Below are positions 9,312-18,583 of a DNA stretch of 64,000 nucleotides, one piece after another. The DNA is taken from contig OZ253555.1 of assembly GCA_965262725.1 (NCBI GenBank), positions 544,001 through 608,000 of the forward strand. The letters run 5' to 3'. The first letter of the stretch is position 1; the number at the start of each line of letters is the position of its first letter. The stretch is from Dehalococcoidia bacterium (lineage in GTDB: Bacteria; Chloroflexota; Dehalococcoidia; UBA2979). A program made the position numbers and the translations under genes. Below the pieces are notes generated by a model that had not been told where the DNA came from, ran no database searches, and was given only the letters and a program-made list of their open reading frames with translations.

Positions 9312-9707
9312 CTAGGCGGCCGCGATCTCCTTCGGCCACATCGAGGCGGGAACGATGCGTGAGAACAGCCGCACCGCATCCTCGTCGCGGCGGTTCGGAG
9401 AGAGCATGTACGTGGCACGCCCCTTACCCGAGCGCGACAGCGCGAACCTGCCGTTGGCGGTGCGCCCGATGGCGATGAAGCCGCTCGCATACATCCCGCC
9501 GATCGCGATGACCCCGTTGGCGTTGCCGCCCCCGATCGCGGTGATGCCGGTCGCGTTGAGGCCCCCGAATGACACAAGCCCGATCGCGTTGCCGCTGCTG
9601 ATCGCGATGACACCGATGGCATTCACCGCGCTGATCGCGACAAGCCCGATGGCGTTGACCGCGCTGATGGCCAGGATTCCGATGGCGTTGACCGTGTCTA
9701 TCGACAT
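9312..9707 (-). CDS. hypothetical hydrophobic protein with 11-aa (NAIGxxAIxx) repeats
   Basis: [10 protein letters not shown] before ATG; about 7 imperfect 33-bp repeats; its TAG stop is the IS630 target site. Confidence 0.7.
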   Translation of the reverse strand: MSIDTVNAIGILAISAVNAIGLVAISAVNAIGVIAISSGNAIGLVSFGGLNATGITAIGGGNANGVIAIGGMYASGFIAIGRTANGRFALSRSGKGRATYMLSPNRRDEDAVRLFSRIVPASMWPKEIAAA

Positions 9708-9865
9708 GGCTCCCCCTCCCCGGGTTCTCCCGCGCGACGTGCGAGCCGGGCCGTACGACCGCGACCTCTAGCCCCAGCGCAGCCAGGTGCGGCGGTTCTT
9801 CTGGCGCCTGAAGCGCTCATGCCGCATCGCCACCCGCGATGCCCTGCAGTCACTGTGAAGAGGCC

Positions 9866-10141
9866 CTAGTCCCCTTCGCCCGCGTCCGTCTCCGCCGCGT
9901 CGTTCCCGGGCTCCGGCGGGTAGTCGGGGGCGTCCGTGAAGCGCGTGGTGGCCATCGTGTAGCCGACCCAGAACCCGAGCGCCGAGGCGATCGTGAGCAG
10001 GCCGAGCACCGGGAGCGCGAGCGCGGCGTAGGAGCGCCGCCGCATCCCGTACAGGAAGAGGACCAGCTGCAGCACCGAGGCCGCCATCAGCGACCACCCG
10101 AGGAACCGCGCTCGCCCCTCGACGCCCCCGGGCTGCCTCAT
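9866..10141 (-). CDS. small membrane protein
   Basis: Two hydrophobic segments; ATGA overlap with the Trm112 stop. Confidence 0.65.
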   Translation of the reverse strand: MRQPGGVEGRARFLGWSLMAASVLQLVLFLYGMRRRSYAALALPVLGLLTIASALGFWVGYTMATTRFTDAPDYPPEPGNDAAETDAGEGD

Positions 10142-10326
10142 GAGGTGGCGCGCATCCCGGGCGGGAGCAGGTTGGGGATGCCCTCGGTGACGGGGTAGCG
10201 CTCGTCGCACGCGGAGCAGCTCAGCGTCCCCTCGAGGACCTCGTCTTCCTCCTCGCGCTCGACGAGGAGCTCCAGGCCCCCCTTGCAGAGGGGGCAGGCG
10301 AGGATCTCCATCAGGGCGTGTTGCAC
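10138..10326 (-). CDS. Trm112-family protein
   Basis: LMEILACPLCKG..L..C..C...YPV.EGIPNLL signature. Confidence 0.88.
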   Translation of the reverse strand: MQHALMEILACPLCKGGLELLVEREEEDEVLEGTLSCSACDERYPVTEGIPNLLPPGMRATS

Positions 10327-10421
10327 GCGCGTTCCTCCGGCGCGCCTCCGATCATAGGAAGCACGCCCTCTTCGCGGCAAACCGGCTCAGGCGCGGGGCG
10401 GAGCGTTGGTAGACTCGGGCC

Positions 10422-11183
10422 ATGGTGGTGGGCTCCGAGAAGACACCGGTCCCGCATGACGCCCGGGACGCGTCCGCGCAGGACGCGGGCCCGTCCGTCC
10501 GGCCGACCGAGCGCATCGCCCTCGCCGGCTCCGTGGCCGTGCTCCGGGCCGGCTCGATCGCGATCCGCCCGTCGCGCGCGCGGCTGCTCGGGCCTGCGGT
10601 TGAGGGCGCACTCGCCGCCTCGGCCATCCTCGCCATCGTCACGCTGCTTCCCGTGCTCCCGCTGTGGGCGCTGCTGCTGCTCCTGCTCTCCGCCATGCTG
10701 CTCGGCCCCATCGCCGTGCTCGGGTTCGTCTACAACATCGCCGGGAGCGCCGTGCTCGTCGAGCGCGAGAAGCAGTCCGTCCGCTACCAGCAGGGCCTGC
10801 TCGGCCTCGGCCTCGGCACGGCCGAGCTCGTTCCCTTCTGGCGGATCGCGCGCTACGAGCTTCAGTGCTCCGACGACGAGCCGCTCACGAGCGGCGAGCA
10901 GCAGGATCTCGTCGAGTGGGAGGTGCGACTCGTCAAGGACAACGGGCGCGTCCTCCCCGTCGCCTCGGTGGTGGCGCCCCGCCCGCTCGCGGACGAGGCG
11001 CGGGAGCGCGCCGCCCGCCTCGCCGGGGCGCTCGCGGAGATGACGGGCGCGCCCGCCAGCGCCCCCGGGGCCGGGGCGCCGGTGAGCCCCGCGGAGCCGC
11101 CCGCGAGCCCCGCGGAGACGCCGCCGGCCGCGGGCACGCGCCCGCGCGCGACCCGCCATCGTCGCCGGCGGCGAGCGGGCTAG
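10422..11183 (+). CDS. hypothetical membrane protein
   Basis: Two TM helices followed by a soluble domain; coding-like codon usage. Confidence 0.65.
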   Translation: MVVGSEKTPVPHDARDASAQDAGPSVRPTERIALAGSVAVLRAGSIAIRPSRARLLGPAVEGALAASAILAIVTLLPVLPLWALLLLLLSAMLLGPIAVLGFVYNIAGSAVLVEREKQSVRYQQGLLGLGLGTAELVPFWRIARYELQCSDDEPLTSGEQQDLVEWEVRLVKDNGRVLPVASVVAPRPLADEARERAARLAGALAEMTGAPASAPGAGAPVSPAEPPASPAETPPAAGTRPRATRHRRRRRAG

Positions 11184-11191
11184 AGCGTCCG

Positions 11192-11629
11192 GTGGATCCC
11201 GCGGAGCTGCCGCCGCCTCTTCGTCTCATGCGCGACGCCCGGCGCATCGCGGTGGTGGCGCGCTCCCCGCGGCTCGACCGGCCGTGGCACGACATCGCCT
11301 CCTACCTCGTGGGTGCCGGCTATGACGTCTCGCTCGTCAACCCCGCGATCGACGAGGCGCTGGGGCGGCGCTGCTACGACCGGGTGCAGGATCTGCCGGC
11401 TTTGGTCGACCTCGTCGATGTCTTCCGTCTCGCGCCGCAGACTCCCGACGTCGCCACCGACGCGGTCGCGGCCGGGGCGAGGGCGCTCTGGCTGCAGCTC
11501 GGGATCGTGAGCCACCGCGCCGGGGAGATCGCCTCAGCCGGCGGCCTCGAGGTGGTGATGGATCGCTGCACGATGGTCGAGCACCGGCGGCTGCTCGCCC
11601 TTGGCGTGGAAGCGCCGCGCGCCCCCTGA
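11192..11629 (+). CDS. CoA-binding protein (YccU-like)
   Basis: IAVV...S...RP, VNP, VDLVDVFR, LWLQLGI, VVMDRC motifs. Confidence 0.85.
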   Translation: MDPAELPPPLRLMRDARRIAVVARSPRLDRPWHDIASYLVGAGYDVSLVNPAIDEALGRRCYDRVQDLPALVDLVDVFRLAPQTPDVATDAVAAGARALWLQLGIVSHRAGEIASAGGLEVVMDRCTMVEHRRLLALGVEAPRAP

Positions 11630-11716
11630 CGCCCGGGCCGCGCCCCCCGCCCCCTCGCCCGGGCGCTACCGACGCTCGTGATACACTGCTATTCCCTGGC
11701 AGGGACGGGAGCGCAC

Positions 11717-13171
11717 GTGATCCCGAGCCTCGCCGAGAAGTGTGGCGTCTTCGGTGTCTACGCGCCGGAGGAAGATGTCGCACGGCTGACCTTCTTCGGT
11801 CTCTACTCGCTCCAGCATCGCGGACAGGAATCGGCGGGCATCGCCACCACCGACGGCGAGCGGCCGCATCTCCACGCGCGCATGGGCCTGGTCTCGCAGG
11901 TCTTCGACGAGGACGTGCTCGCCTCGCTGCCGGGAACGGCCGCAGTCGGGCATACGCGCTACTCCACGACCGGATCCTCGGTCGAGGAGAACGCGCAGCC
12001 GATCGTCGCCGAGGGCGATAACGGCTGGGTCGCCGTCGCCCACAACGGCAACGTCATCAACGCTGACCTCCTGCGGGTGGAGCTTGAGGAGGAGGGCGTC
12101 AGCTTCCGCACATCGAGCGACACGGAGGTCGTCACGAAGCTCCTGGTCCGCGCCCCCGGCGCGACCTGGGAGGATCGCATCGCCCACGTCATGCGCCGGC
12201 TGAACGGCGCCTACTCGCTCACGATCCTCACGAAGGACGCGGTCTTCGCCGTGCGCGATCCGCTGGCCGTGCGCCCGCTGGCGATCGGACGCCTGGGCAA
12301 CGGCTCCGACCGCGGCTGGGTCTTCGCCTCCGAGAGCTGCGCCCTCGATCACCTCGGCGCCCAGTTCGTGCGCGAGCTCGCTCCCGGCGAGATCGCGCGC
12401 GCCGACGCCGACGGGCTCACCTCGACGCAGGCGGTCCCGCCCAAGCGTCAGGCGCTCTGCATGCTCGAGTACATCTACTTCTCGCGGCCGGACTCGCGGC
12501 TGGGTGGTCAGCTGGTGCACCCGGTCCGGATGGAGATGGGCGCACGGCTCGCCAAGGAATACCCGGTCGATGCCGACCTGGTGATCGGCGTGCCGGACTC
12601 GGCGACCGCCGCCGCCGTCGGCTACGCGCGCGCCTCCGGTATCCCCTACGGCGAGGCGCTGATCAAGAACCGCTACGTCGGCCGCACGTTCATCCAGCCG
12701 GACCAGCGGCTGCGCGAGCGGGGGGTGTGGCTGAAGTTCAATCCGCTGCCCGAGCTGCTCGAGGGGCAGCGTGTGATCGTGGTGGACGACTCGATCGTGC
12801 GCGCCACCACGACGCCGCGCGTGGTGGCGATGCTGCGCCGCGCCGGCGCCACCGAGGTGCATATGCGCATCACCTCGCCCCCGATCACGCATCCCTGCTT
12901 CTACGGCGTCGACATGGCCTCGCGCTCGGAGCTCATAGCCGCGCACGAGAGCGTCGAGGGGATCCGCCGGCACATCGACGCCGACTCGCTCGGCTACCTC
13001 TCCGTCGAGAACACGGTCGCGGCGACCCGGCAGGGGCAGGATGGGCTGTGCACCGCCTGCTTCACCGGCGACTACCCCGGAGCGGTTCCGCTGCAGTTCG
13101 ACAAGTTCGTGCTCGAGTCGGGCGGCGCGCGTGACCGGCACGCGGTCCCGCTGGCGCCCGCCACCCCCTGA
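11717..13171 (+). CDS. purF: amidophosphoribosyltransferase
   Basis: propeptide then CGVFG, LQHRGQESAG, GHTRYST, PRPP loop VVDDSIVRATT. Confidence 0.96.
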   Translation: MIPSLAEKCGVFGVYAPEEDVARLTFFGLYSLQHRGQESAGIATTDGERPHLHARMGLVSQVFDEDVLASLPGTAAVGHTRYSTTGSSVEENAQPIVAEGDNGWVAVAHNGNVINADLLRVELEEEGVSFRTSSDTEVVTKLLVRAPGATWEDRIAHVMRRLNGAYSLTILTKDAVFAVRDPLAVRPLAIGRLGNGSDRGWVFASESCALDHLGAQFVRELAPGEIARADADGLTSTQAVPPKRQALCMLEYIYFSRPDSRLGGQLVHPVRMEMGARLAKEYPVDADLVIGVPDSATAAAVGYARASGIPYGEALIKNRYVGRTFIQPDQRLRERGVWLKFNPLPELLEGQRVIVVDDSIVRATTTPRVVAMLRRAGATEVHMRITSPPITHPCFYGVDMASRSELIAAHESVEGIRRHIDADSLGYLSVENTVAATRQGQDGLCTACFTGDYPGAVPLQFDKFVLESGGARDRHAVPLAPATP

Positions 13172-13334
13172 AGCCGGCTCCGTCCCGCCCGCGGCCGGGG
13201 CGCGGGGTGTCGCTTCCCCCTAGCGGGTGCTGGACCGTACGGTTGCCCCGCCGCCGGCGGTGAGCCGGAGGCTGGCTGGCTTCTCCCCGGGACGGCGGCG
13301 GCTGGTGTCCTCCGAGCATGGGCAGAGGGATCGG

Positions 13335-14417
13335 ATGGAGCCGGGCGCCGCCGAGGCGGCGCTCAGCTACGCCTCGGCCGGCGTCGACATCGAGGCGGCC
13401 GACATCACCGTCTCGCGCTACGCCGAGCTCGCCGCCCGCACGCGCCGCCCCGAGGTGCTCGCCGACGTCGGCCCCTTCGCCGGGCTCTTCCGCCTGCCCG
13501 CGGGGCTGCGCGACCCGGTCCTCGTGGCGAGCACCGACTCGGTCGGGACGAAGCTGCTGGTGGCGGCGGCGCTGGGTCGCTACGACACCGTGGGCAGAGA
13601 CCTCGTCAACCACTGCGTGAACGACGTGCTCACGGCCGGCGCCGAGCCGCTCTTCGTCCTCGACTACGTCGCCACGGCCGACCTCTCGCAGGAGCACCGG
13701 GTGGAGCTCGTCTCGGGCGTCGCCGCCGCCTGCGAGGAGAACGGCGCCGCGCTGCTCGGCGGCGAGACGGCGGATCTGCCCGGCATCTACCTCCCGGGCA
13801 CCTTCGATCTCGTCGGAACCGCCGTCGGCGTCGTGGAGCGCGATGCCCTCGTCGACGGCTCGCGCGTTCGGCGGGGCGACGCTCTCGTCGCGCTTCCCTC
13901 GAGCGGCCTGCAGACCAACGGCTACTCGCTCGTGCGCCGGCTCTGGAGCATCGGCGAGGACCCCGACCGCGACCGCGCCTTCCTCGGGGCGCACGACCCC
14001 TCGCTCGGCTGCTCGCTCGGCGAGGCGCTGCTCGCCGTCCACGGCTCCTTCCTCGAGGCGCTCCGGCCGCTGCTCGGCCGCCCCGGAGGGCCGCTCCACG
14101 GCATCGCCCACATCACCGGCGGCGGCATCGCGGGCAATCTCTCGCGCATCCTGCCGGAGGCGCTTCAGGCGCGCGTCGATCGCACGAGCTGGCGCCCGCC
14201 AGCGCTCTTTCAGCGCATCCGGCGCGACGGCGAGTTCCCCGACGGGGAGATGTGGCGCGTCTTCAACATGGGCGTGGGGCTGGTGCTCGCCGTCGACGCC
14301 TCCGAGGCGGAGTCGATCCTGGATGAGATCGAGGGGAGCTGGCGTCTCGGCGAGATCGTCGAGCGGGCGGAGGGCGCAGGGGCGGTCGCGCTGTCCCTGG
14401 CCCCGGGGCGCGGGTAA
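13335..14417 (+). CDS. purM: AIR synthetase
   Basis: YASAGVDIE, TDSVGTK, GGETA, AHITGGG, FNMGVG. Confidence 0.95.
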   Translation: MEPGAAEAALSYASAGVDIEAADITVSRYAELAARTRRPEVLADVGPFAGLFRLPAGLRDPVLVASTDSVGTKLLVAAALGRYDTVGRDLVNHCVNDVLTAGAEPLFVLDYVATADLSQEHRVELVSGVAAACEENGAALLGGETADLPGIYLPGTFDLVGTAVGVVERDALVDGSRVRRGDALVALPSSGLQTNGYSLVRRLWSIGEDPDRDRAFLGAHDPSLGCSLGEALLAVHGSFLEALRPLLGRPGGPLHGIAHITGGGIAGNLSRILPEALQARVDRTSWRPPALFQRIRRDGEFPDGEMWRVFNMGVGLVLAVDASEAESILDEIEGSWRLGEIVERAEGAGAVALSLAPGRG

Positions 14418-14429
14418 GGAGGAGGGGCG

Positions 14430-16007
14430 ATGCGGGCGCTGCTCGCCGTCTACGACAAGCAGGGTGTCGCCGACTTCGCGCGAGGGCTCGCCGAGCTCGG
14501 CTGGGAGCTCGTCGCCACCGGGAACACGCGTCGCGTGATCGCGGAGGCGGGCGTGCCGGTGATGGAGGTCGCCGATCTCACCGGCTCGCCGGAGATGCTC
14601 GGCGGACGCGTGAAGACGCTGCACCCGATGGTGCACGGGGGGCTGCTCTACCGCCGCGGCCACGCGGGCGACGAGGCGGAGGTCGCGCGCTACCAGATCC
14701 CGGCCATCGACCTCGTGGCGTCCAACCTCTACCCCTTCGTTGCGACCGTGACCGCCGGGGAGGGCGTCCCGCTCTCGGAGGCGCTGGAGCAGATCGACAT
14801 CGGCGGGCCGACGATGATCCGCGCCGCCGCCAAGAACCACCCCGCCGTGATCCCGATCACCGACCCCCGCGACTACGACGAGGTGCTCAAGGCGCTGCGC
14901 TCGGCGGGCGGCGACCCCTCCGGCGTCGCCGCCTCGCTCCGCTCGCGCCTCGCGGCGAGCGCCTTCGCGCACACCGCCCACTACGACGCCGCCATCGCCG
15001 AGTACCTGCGCCCGGCGGACCAGCCGTTCCCGGAGCAGCTCACCGTGCCGTTCACGCTCGCCGAGGAGCTGCGCTACGGGGAGAACCCGCACCAGCGCGG
15101 CGCCTTCTACCGGATGGACTCGGTGCGCGTCCCCGCCGAGGGCACGGGCGCGCTTGAGCAGCTCCACGGCAAGGCGCTCTCCTACGTCAACGTGCTCGAC
15201 GCGGACGAGGCGTTCCAGCTCGTCTGCGATGCCCCGGGGCCGGCTATAGCCATCATCAAGCACACCAACCCGTGCTGCTTCGCGACCGGCGAGGCGCCGC
15301 TGGCCGAGCTCTACGAGCGTGCCCTCTCGGAGGGCGACGCCGTCTCCGCCTACGGCGGTATCGTCGCCGTGAACCGTCCCCTCGACATGGGCCTGGCGAG
15401 CGCGCTTCGGGAGTTCCCGAGCCCGGCCACCGGCGGGCGGATGTTCTTCGAGATCGTGATCGTGCCGGGCTACGAGCCCGAGGCCTTGGAGCACCTGCGG
15501 CGGAAGTCACGGGACCTGCGGATCCTCGTCGCCCCCGTCGGCGACCCGGGCCGGCCCCGCATCGAGGTGCGCGCCGTGCGCGGGGGGGCGCTGCTGCAGG
15601 AGTCCGACGTGACCGTCGAGCGGGATTTTGAGGTCGTCTCAGCCCGGCACCCCTCGGAGCGTGAGCTCGAGGATCTCCGCGTCGGCTGGATGGTCTGCAA
15701 GCACGTCAAGTCGAACGCCGTCGTCTTCGTGAGAGACGGCGTCCTGGTCGGGATGGGCGCCGGCCAGCCCAACCGCGTCGGGAGCGCGAGACTCGCCGGC
15801 GAGAGCGCTGGCGAGAGGGCTCAGGGGGCCGTCGCGGCGACCGACGCGCTGATCCCCTTCCCCGACACGGTGGAGGTCTGCGCGAGCTTCGGTGTGAGCG
15901 CGGTGCTCCACACGGGGGGCTCCATCCGCGACCAGGAGTCCGTGGAGACGGCGGATCGCCTCGGCGTCTCGCTGCTCACGACGGGGGTTCGCCACTTCCG
16001 CCACTGA
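14430..16007 (+). CDS. purH: bifunctional AICAR transformylase/IMP cyclohydrolase
   Basis: GGRVKTLHP, IDIGGPTMIRAAAKN, LRYGENPHQ, TGVRHFRH. Confidence 0.96.
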   Translation: MRALLAVYDKQGVADFARGLAELGWELVATGNTRRVIAEAGVPVMEVADLTGSPEMLGGRVKTLHPMVHGGLLYRRGHAGDEAEVARYQIPAIDLVASNLYPFVATVTAGEGVPLSEALEQIDIGGPTMIRAAAKNHPAVIPITDPRDYDEVLKALRSAGGDPSGVAASLRSRLAASAFAHTAHYDAAIAEYLRPADQPFPEQLTVPFTLAEELRYGENPHQRGAFYRMDSVRVPAEGTGALEQLHGKALSYVNVLDADEAFQLVCDAPGPAIAIIKHTNPCCFATGEAPLAELYERALSEGDAVSAYGGIVAVNRPLDMGLASALREFPSPATGGRMFFEIVIVPGYEPEALEHLRRKSRDLRILVAPVGDPGRPRIEVRAVRGGALLQESDVTVERDFEVVSARHPSERELEDLRVGWMVCKHVKSNAVVFVRDGVLVGMGAGQPNRVGSARLAGESAGERAQGAVAATDALIPFPDTVEVCASFGVSAVLHTGGSIRDQESVETADRLGVSLLTTGVRHFRH

Positions 16008-16162
16008 GCCCGGGAGCGATCGCCCCAGGGCGGACGCACCGGCGACCACGCGGGTACACCACGACGTGCGGCTGCGGGCGTCCCGGCATGCCTGCGCGGC
16101 GAGCCCGCGGACCTTCGCGCCCACGCTCGGCTACCATCGACGGAGGCTCCGCGGAGGGCGCC

Positions 16163-16600
16163 ATGGTCCCGCGCCGCGCATGGCACTCGCTGCCCCCGGT
16201 CGCGGCGGCGCTCGCGCTCTCGGCAGCCCTCGTGGCGTGCGTGCTCGAGCCGGCCGATGCCCCGCCGCCCGCGGCGCCGCGCTCGCCCGCGCCGACGGCT
16301 TCGGCAACGGCAACGCCTGTCTCGGACACTCCGGGAGGCTACTACGGCGCCTGTGCTTTGACGGAAAGCGGCGAGCTGTTCTGCTGGGACATGGACGACG
16401 CCGGGGAGGCGATCGTGCTGCCCGGCCGCTACATCGCGATTGACACGGCCGGGGGCAAGATCTGCGCGGTCACGGCGGGCGGCGACACCGTTTGTTGGGG
16501 CGCCGACGCGTCAGCCGCCGGCGACCCGCCGTGAGCGCCGGACGACGTCACACCTGCGCGCTGACGGAGGCCGGAGAGGACGCGGACGGCTCGCCCGGAC
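16163..16600 (+). pseudogene. RCC1/BLIP-II-like repeat lipoprotein, frameshifted and truncated
   Basis: Lipobox-like ALVAC; repeats CALTESGELFCW and CAVTAGGDTVCWG; stop at 16534; next repeat VSAGRRHTCALTEAGE is in another frame and then decays. Confidence 0.6.
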
Positions 16601-16642
16601 GCGGTCCGCGGGCGCCGCGTGGTCGGTGCTCCTTTGCTCCCG

Positions 16643-17536
16643 CTACTCCGCTCCGAGGCGGAGCGTCTCGAGAACGTCTGAGAACTCCTCCACGTCCACC
16701 ACGCCCTCAATCGGGGTGAGCGAGAACTCGCGGGCGCAGCCGCCTGCTGAGACCGGGAGCACGCGCTGGGTGACGCCGTCCGCCGTCTCAACCTCCAGCA
16801 TCTGGTAGCCCCGCCCCTCCACCTCGACGATGCGCGTCACGGAGAGCGAGGCGCCGCCTGAGCGCAGCTCCTGAGCCCAGAGGCGCTGCGCCTCGCCGGG
16901 GGAGTCTGCCTCCGCCCGGCAGCCTGCGATCGTGACCGCGGGGTAGGCGAGCGCCGGCGGGCCCGTCACGCGGCGCCTCCCGCCCGGCCCGGTCGGCTCG
17001 GGCGGCGTCGGGACCTCCACGACGAGGTAGTCGAGCGAGCTGCCGCTTACGTGGCGCCAGTTCGGGGGCAGGGCGCCCGCGTAGCCCTCGGCCGCGAAGG
17101 AATGCCAGCCCTCGGGCGCCCCCGCCGGATCCGCGTCTCCGGCGAAGAGGCGGAGTGCGACGAGGAGCGCCGCGAGCGCGCCGGCGACGGTGACCCAGTG
17201 CCAGACGCGCCCCCCGACTCCCTCGAGCGGCGCCCGCGAGAGCTCGCGGTGGAGCGGCGTCGGGCGGTCGGCGCCGGGCGGGCGGCGGCGGTGGGCCGGG
17301 TGCGTGAAGCGGGCTCCGAGCGCCCAGACCGGCTGCCACGGCGCGTCCTCCTCCGTGAGCGGCCGGTCCCACTCGGAGGGGTCGCCCCCCAAGGGCGGTT
17401 CGCCCGGGCGCCCCCCGGGCGTGCGTCGCTCCGGCACCGCTCGCCCCCCATCGCCGCGAGGTGGTGTCCTCCGACTCGCGCTTCCCGCGACTGTCGCACG
17501 CCGGACGCGCCGCTTACCATCGCCGGCGATGGCCAC
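16643..17536 (-). CDS. hypothetical single-TM protein (true start probably downstream of 17536)
   Basis: TM segment WVTVAGALAALLVALRLF then a globular domain. Confidence 0.55.
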   Translation of the reverse strand: MAIAGDGKRRVRRATVAGSASRRTPPRGDGGRAVPERRTPGGRPGEPPLGGDPSEWDRPLTEEDAPWQPVWALGARFTHPAHRRRPPGADRPTPLHRELSRAPLEGVGGRVWHWVTVAGALAALLVALRLFAGDADPAGAPEGWHSFAAEGYAGALPPNWRHVSGSSLDYLVVEVPTPPEPTGPGGRRRVTGPPALAYPAVTIAGCRAEADSPGEAQRLWAQELRSGGASLSVTRIVEVEGRGYQMLEVETADGVTQRVLPVSAGGCAREFSLTPIEGVVDVEEFSDVLETLRLGAE

Positions 17537-18254
17537 CGTCGACCTCGTCCTCCCCGCCTACAACGAGGAGCGTCAACTCGAGGAGAGCGCGCGGATGCTG
17601 CTCGCCTGGTGCGAGGCGCATCCCGGGCACGCGTGGCGCGTGGTCGTCGCGGACAACGGCTCAACGGACGGAACCCTGGCCGTCGCGCGCGCGCTCCAGG
17701 CGGAGTACCCGGGCCGCCTGGCGGCGCTGCACGTCCCGGTGGCCGGGCGCGGCTTGGCGCTGCGCACGGCGTGGCTCACCTCGCCGGCCGACGTGGCCGC
17801 CTACATGGATGTCGACCTCTCGACCTCGCTCGACGCGCTGCCCGGGCTCGTCGACCCGCTCGCTCAGGGGGAGGCCGATCTCGCGGTCGGGAGCCGGCTG
17901 CATCCGCTCGCCCGGCGCCGCCGCGGCGTGCGTCGCGAGGTGCTCTCGCGGGGATTCGTGCTGCTGCTCAGACTGGCGCTCGGCTTCCGGCTCACCGACG
18001 CACAGTGCGGGTTCAAAGCGATTCGCCGCGAGGCGGCGCGCGCGCTGATTCCGCTCGTTCACGACAACAGCTGGTTCTTCGACGCCGAGCTCCTGATCCT
18101 CGCGCAGCACAACGGCTACCGTATCCGGGAGGTGCCCGTTTTGTGGACGGACGATCCCGCAAGCAGCGTGCGCATCGTCTCGACCGTGGTCGAGGATCTG
18201 CGCGGCATCTGGCGGCTCCGCCGGGGCGGGATCGCTCGCGTTCCGCGCCCGTGA
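17529..18254 (+). CDS. family 2 glycosyltransferase (polyprenol-phosphate glycosyltransferase-like)
   Basis: VLPAYNEE, ADNGSTDGT, YMDVDLST, DAQCGFKA, WFFDAELL. Confidence 0.92.
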   Translation: MATVDLVLPAYNEERQLEESARMLLAWCEAHPGHAWRVVVADNGSTDGTLAVARALQAEYPGRLAALHVPVAGRGLALRTAWLTSPADVAAYMDVDLSTSLDALPGLVDPLAQGEADLAVGSRLHPLARRRRGVRREVLSRGFVLLLRLALGFRLTDAQCGFKAIRREAARALIPLVHDNSWFFDAELLILAQHNGYRIREVPVLWTDDPASSVRIVSTVVEDLRGIWRLRRGGIARVPRP

Positions 18255-18316
18255 GAAGGTCCTCCCGGGCGCTCGCCGGCGCCCTCCGCGGGACCCCCGG
18301 AAAAGCCGCGCTTTCC

Positions 18317-18345
18317 TTGACGCTATACGGGGGCACGGATAGCAT
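18317..18345 (+). promoter_or_regulatory. sigma70-type promoter of the Rieske/cyt b operon
   Basis: TTGACG-17 bp-TAGCAT. Confidence 0.65.
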
Positions 18346-18421
18346 GCGGGCCGCTCTTGTGACGTGAGGCACGGCCGCCTCCGCGGGCGCCCGCGGGCCC
18401 CGTCCGCCGATGGGGGGCACG

Positions 18422-18526
18422 ATGCTCGGAGAGGTGGGAGAGACCCTCGAATTGGTCGGGGTGCTCCTCACGATCCTGGGCTCGCTCGGGATTATGGTCG
18501 TGCTCGGCAAGTGGTGGGAGACCTAG
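18422..18526 (+). CDS. 34-aa single-TM microprotein
   Basis: MLGEVGETLELVGVLLTILGSLGIMVVLGKWWET*; G-rich RBS; lies between the promoter and cyt b6. Confidence 0.6.
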   Translation: MLGEVGETLELVGVLLTILGSLGIMVVLGKWWET

Positions 18527-18583
18527 CGCAGGGCCGACCGCACGGCGGCGAGAGCCGCCTGCGAGCGCCGCGGGGGTGAGTGG

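Larger units (their letters stand above)
4341..9312 (-). mobile_element. IS630-family insertion sequence (1174 bp when empty) carrying a nested group II intron
   Basis: Terminal IRs gtgtcctgaattggaaatgcga (4341-4362) and the reverse complement of tcgctattacgaatcaggacac (9291-9312) match at 17/22; TA duplicated at 4339-4340 and 9313-9314 in CTAG context. Confidence 0.93.

Noticed and set aside
9768-9827. 19-aa basic ORF MRHERFRRQKNRRTWLRWG on the minus strand
   Set aside because: No clear RBS or recognisable family; cannot be supported
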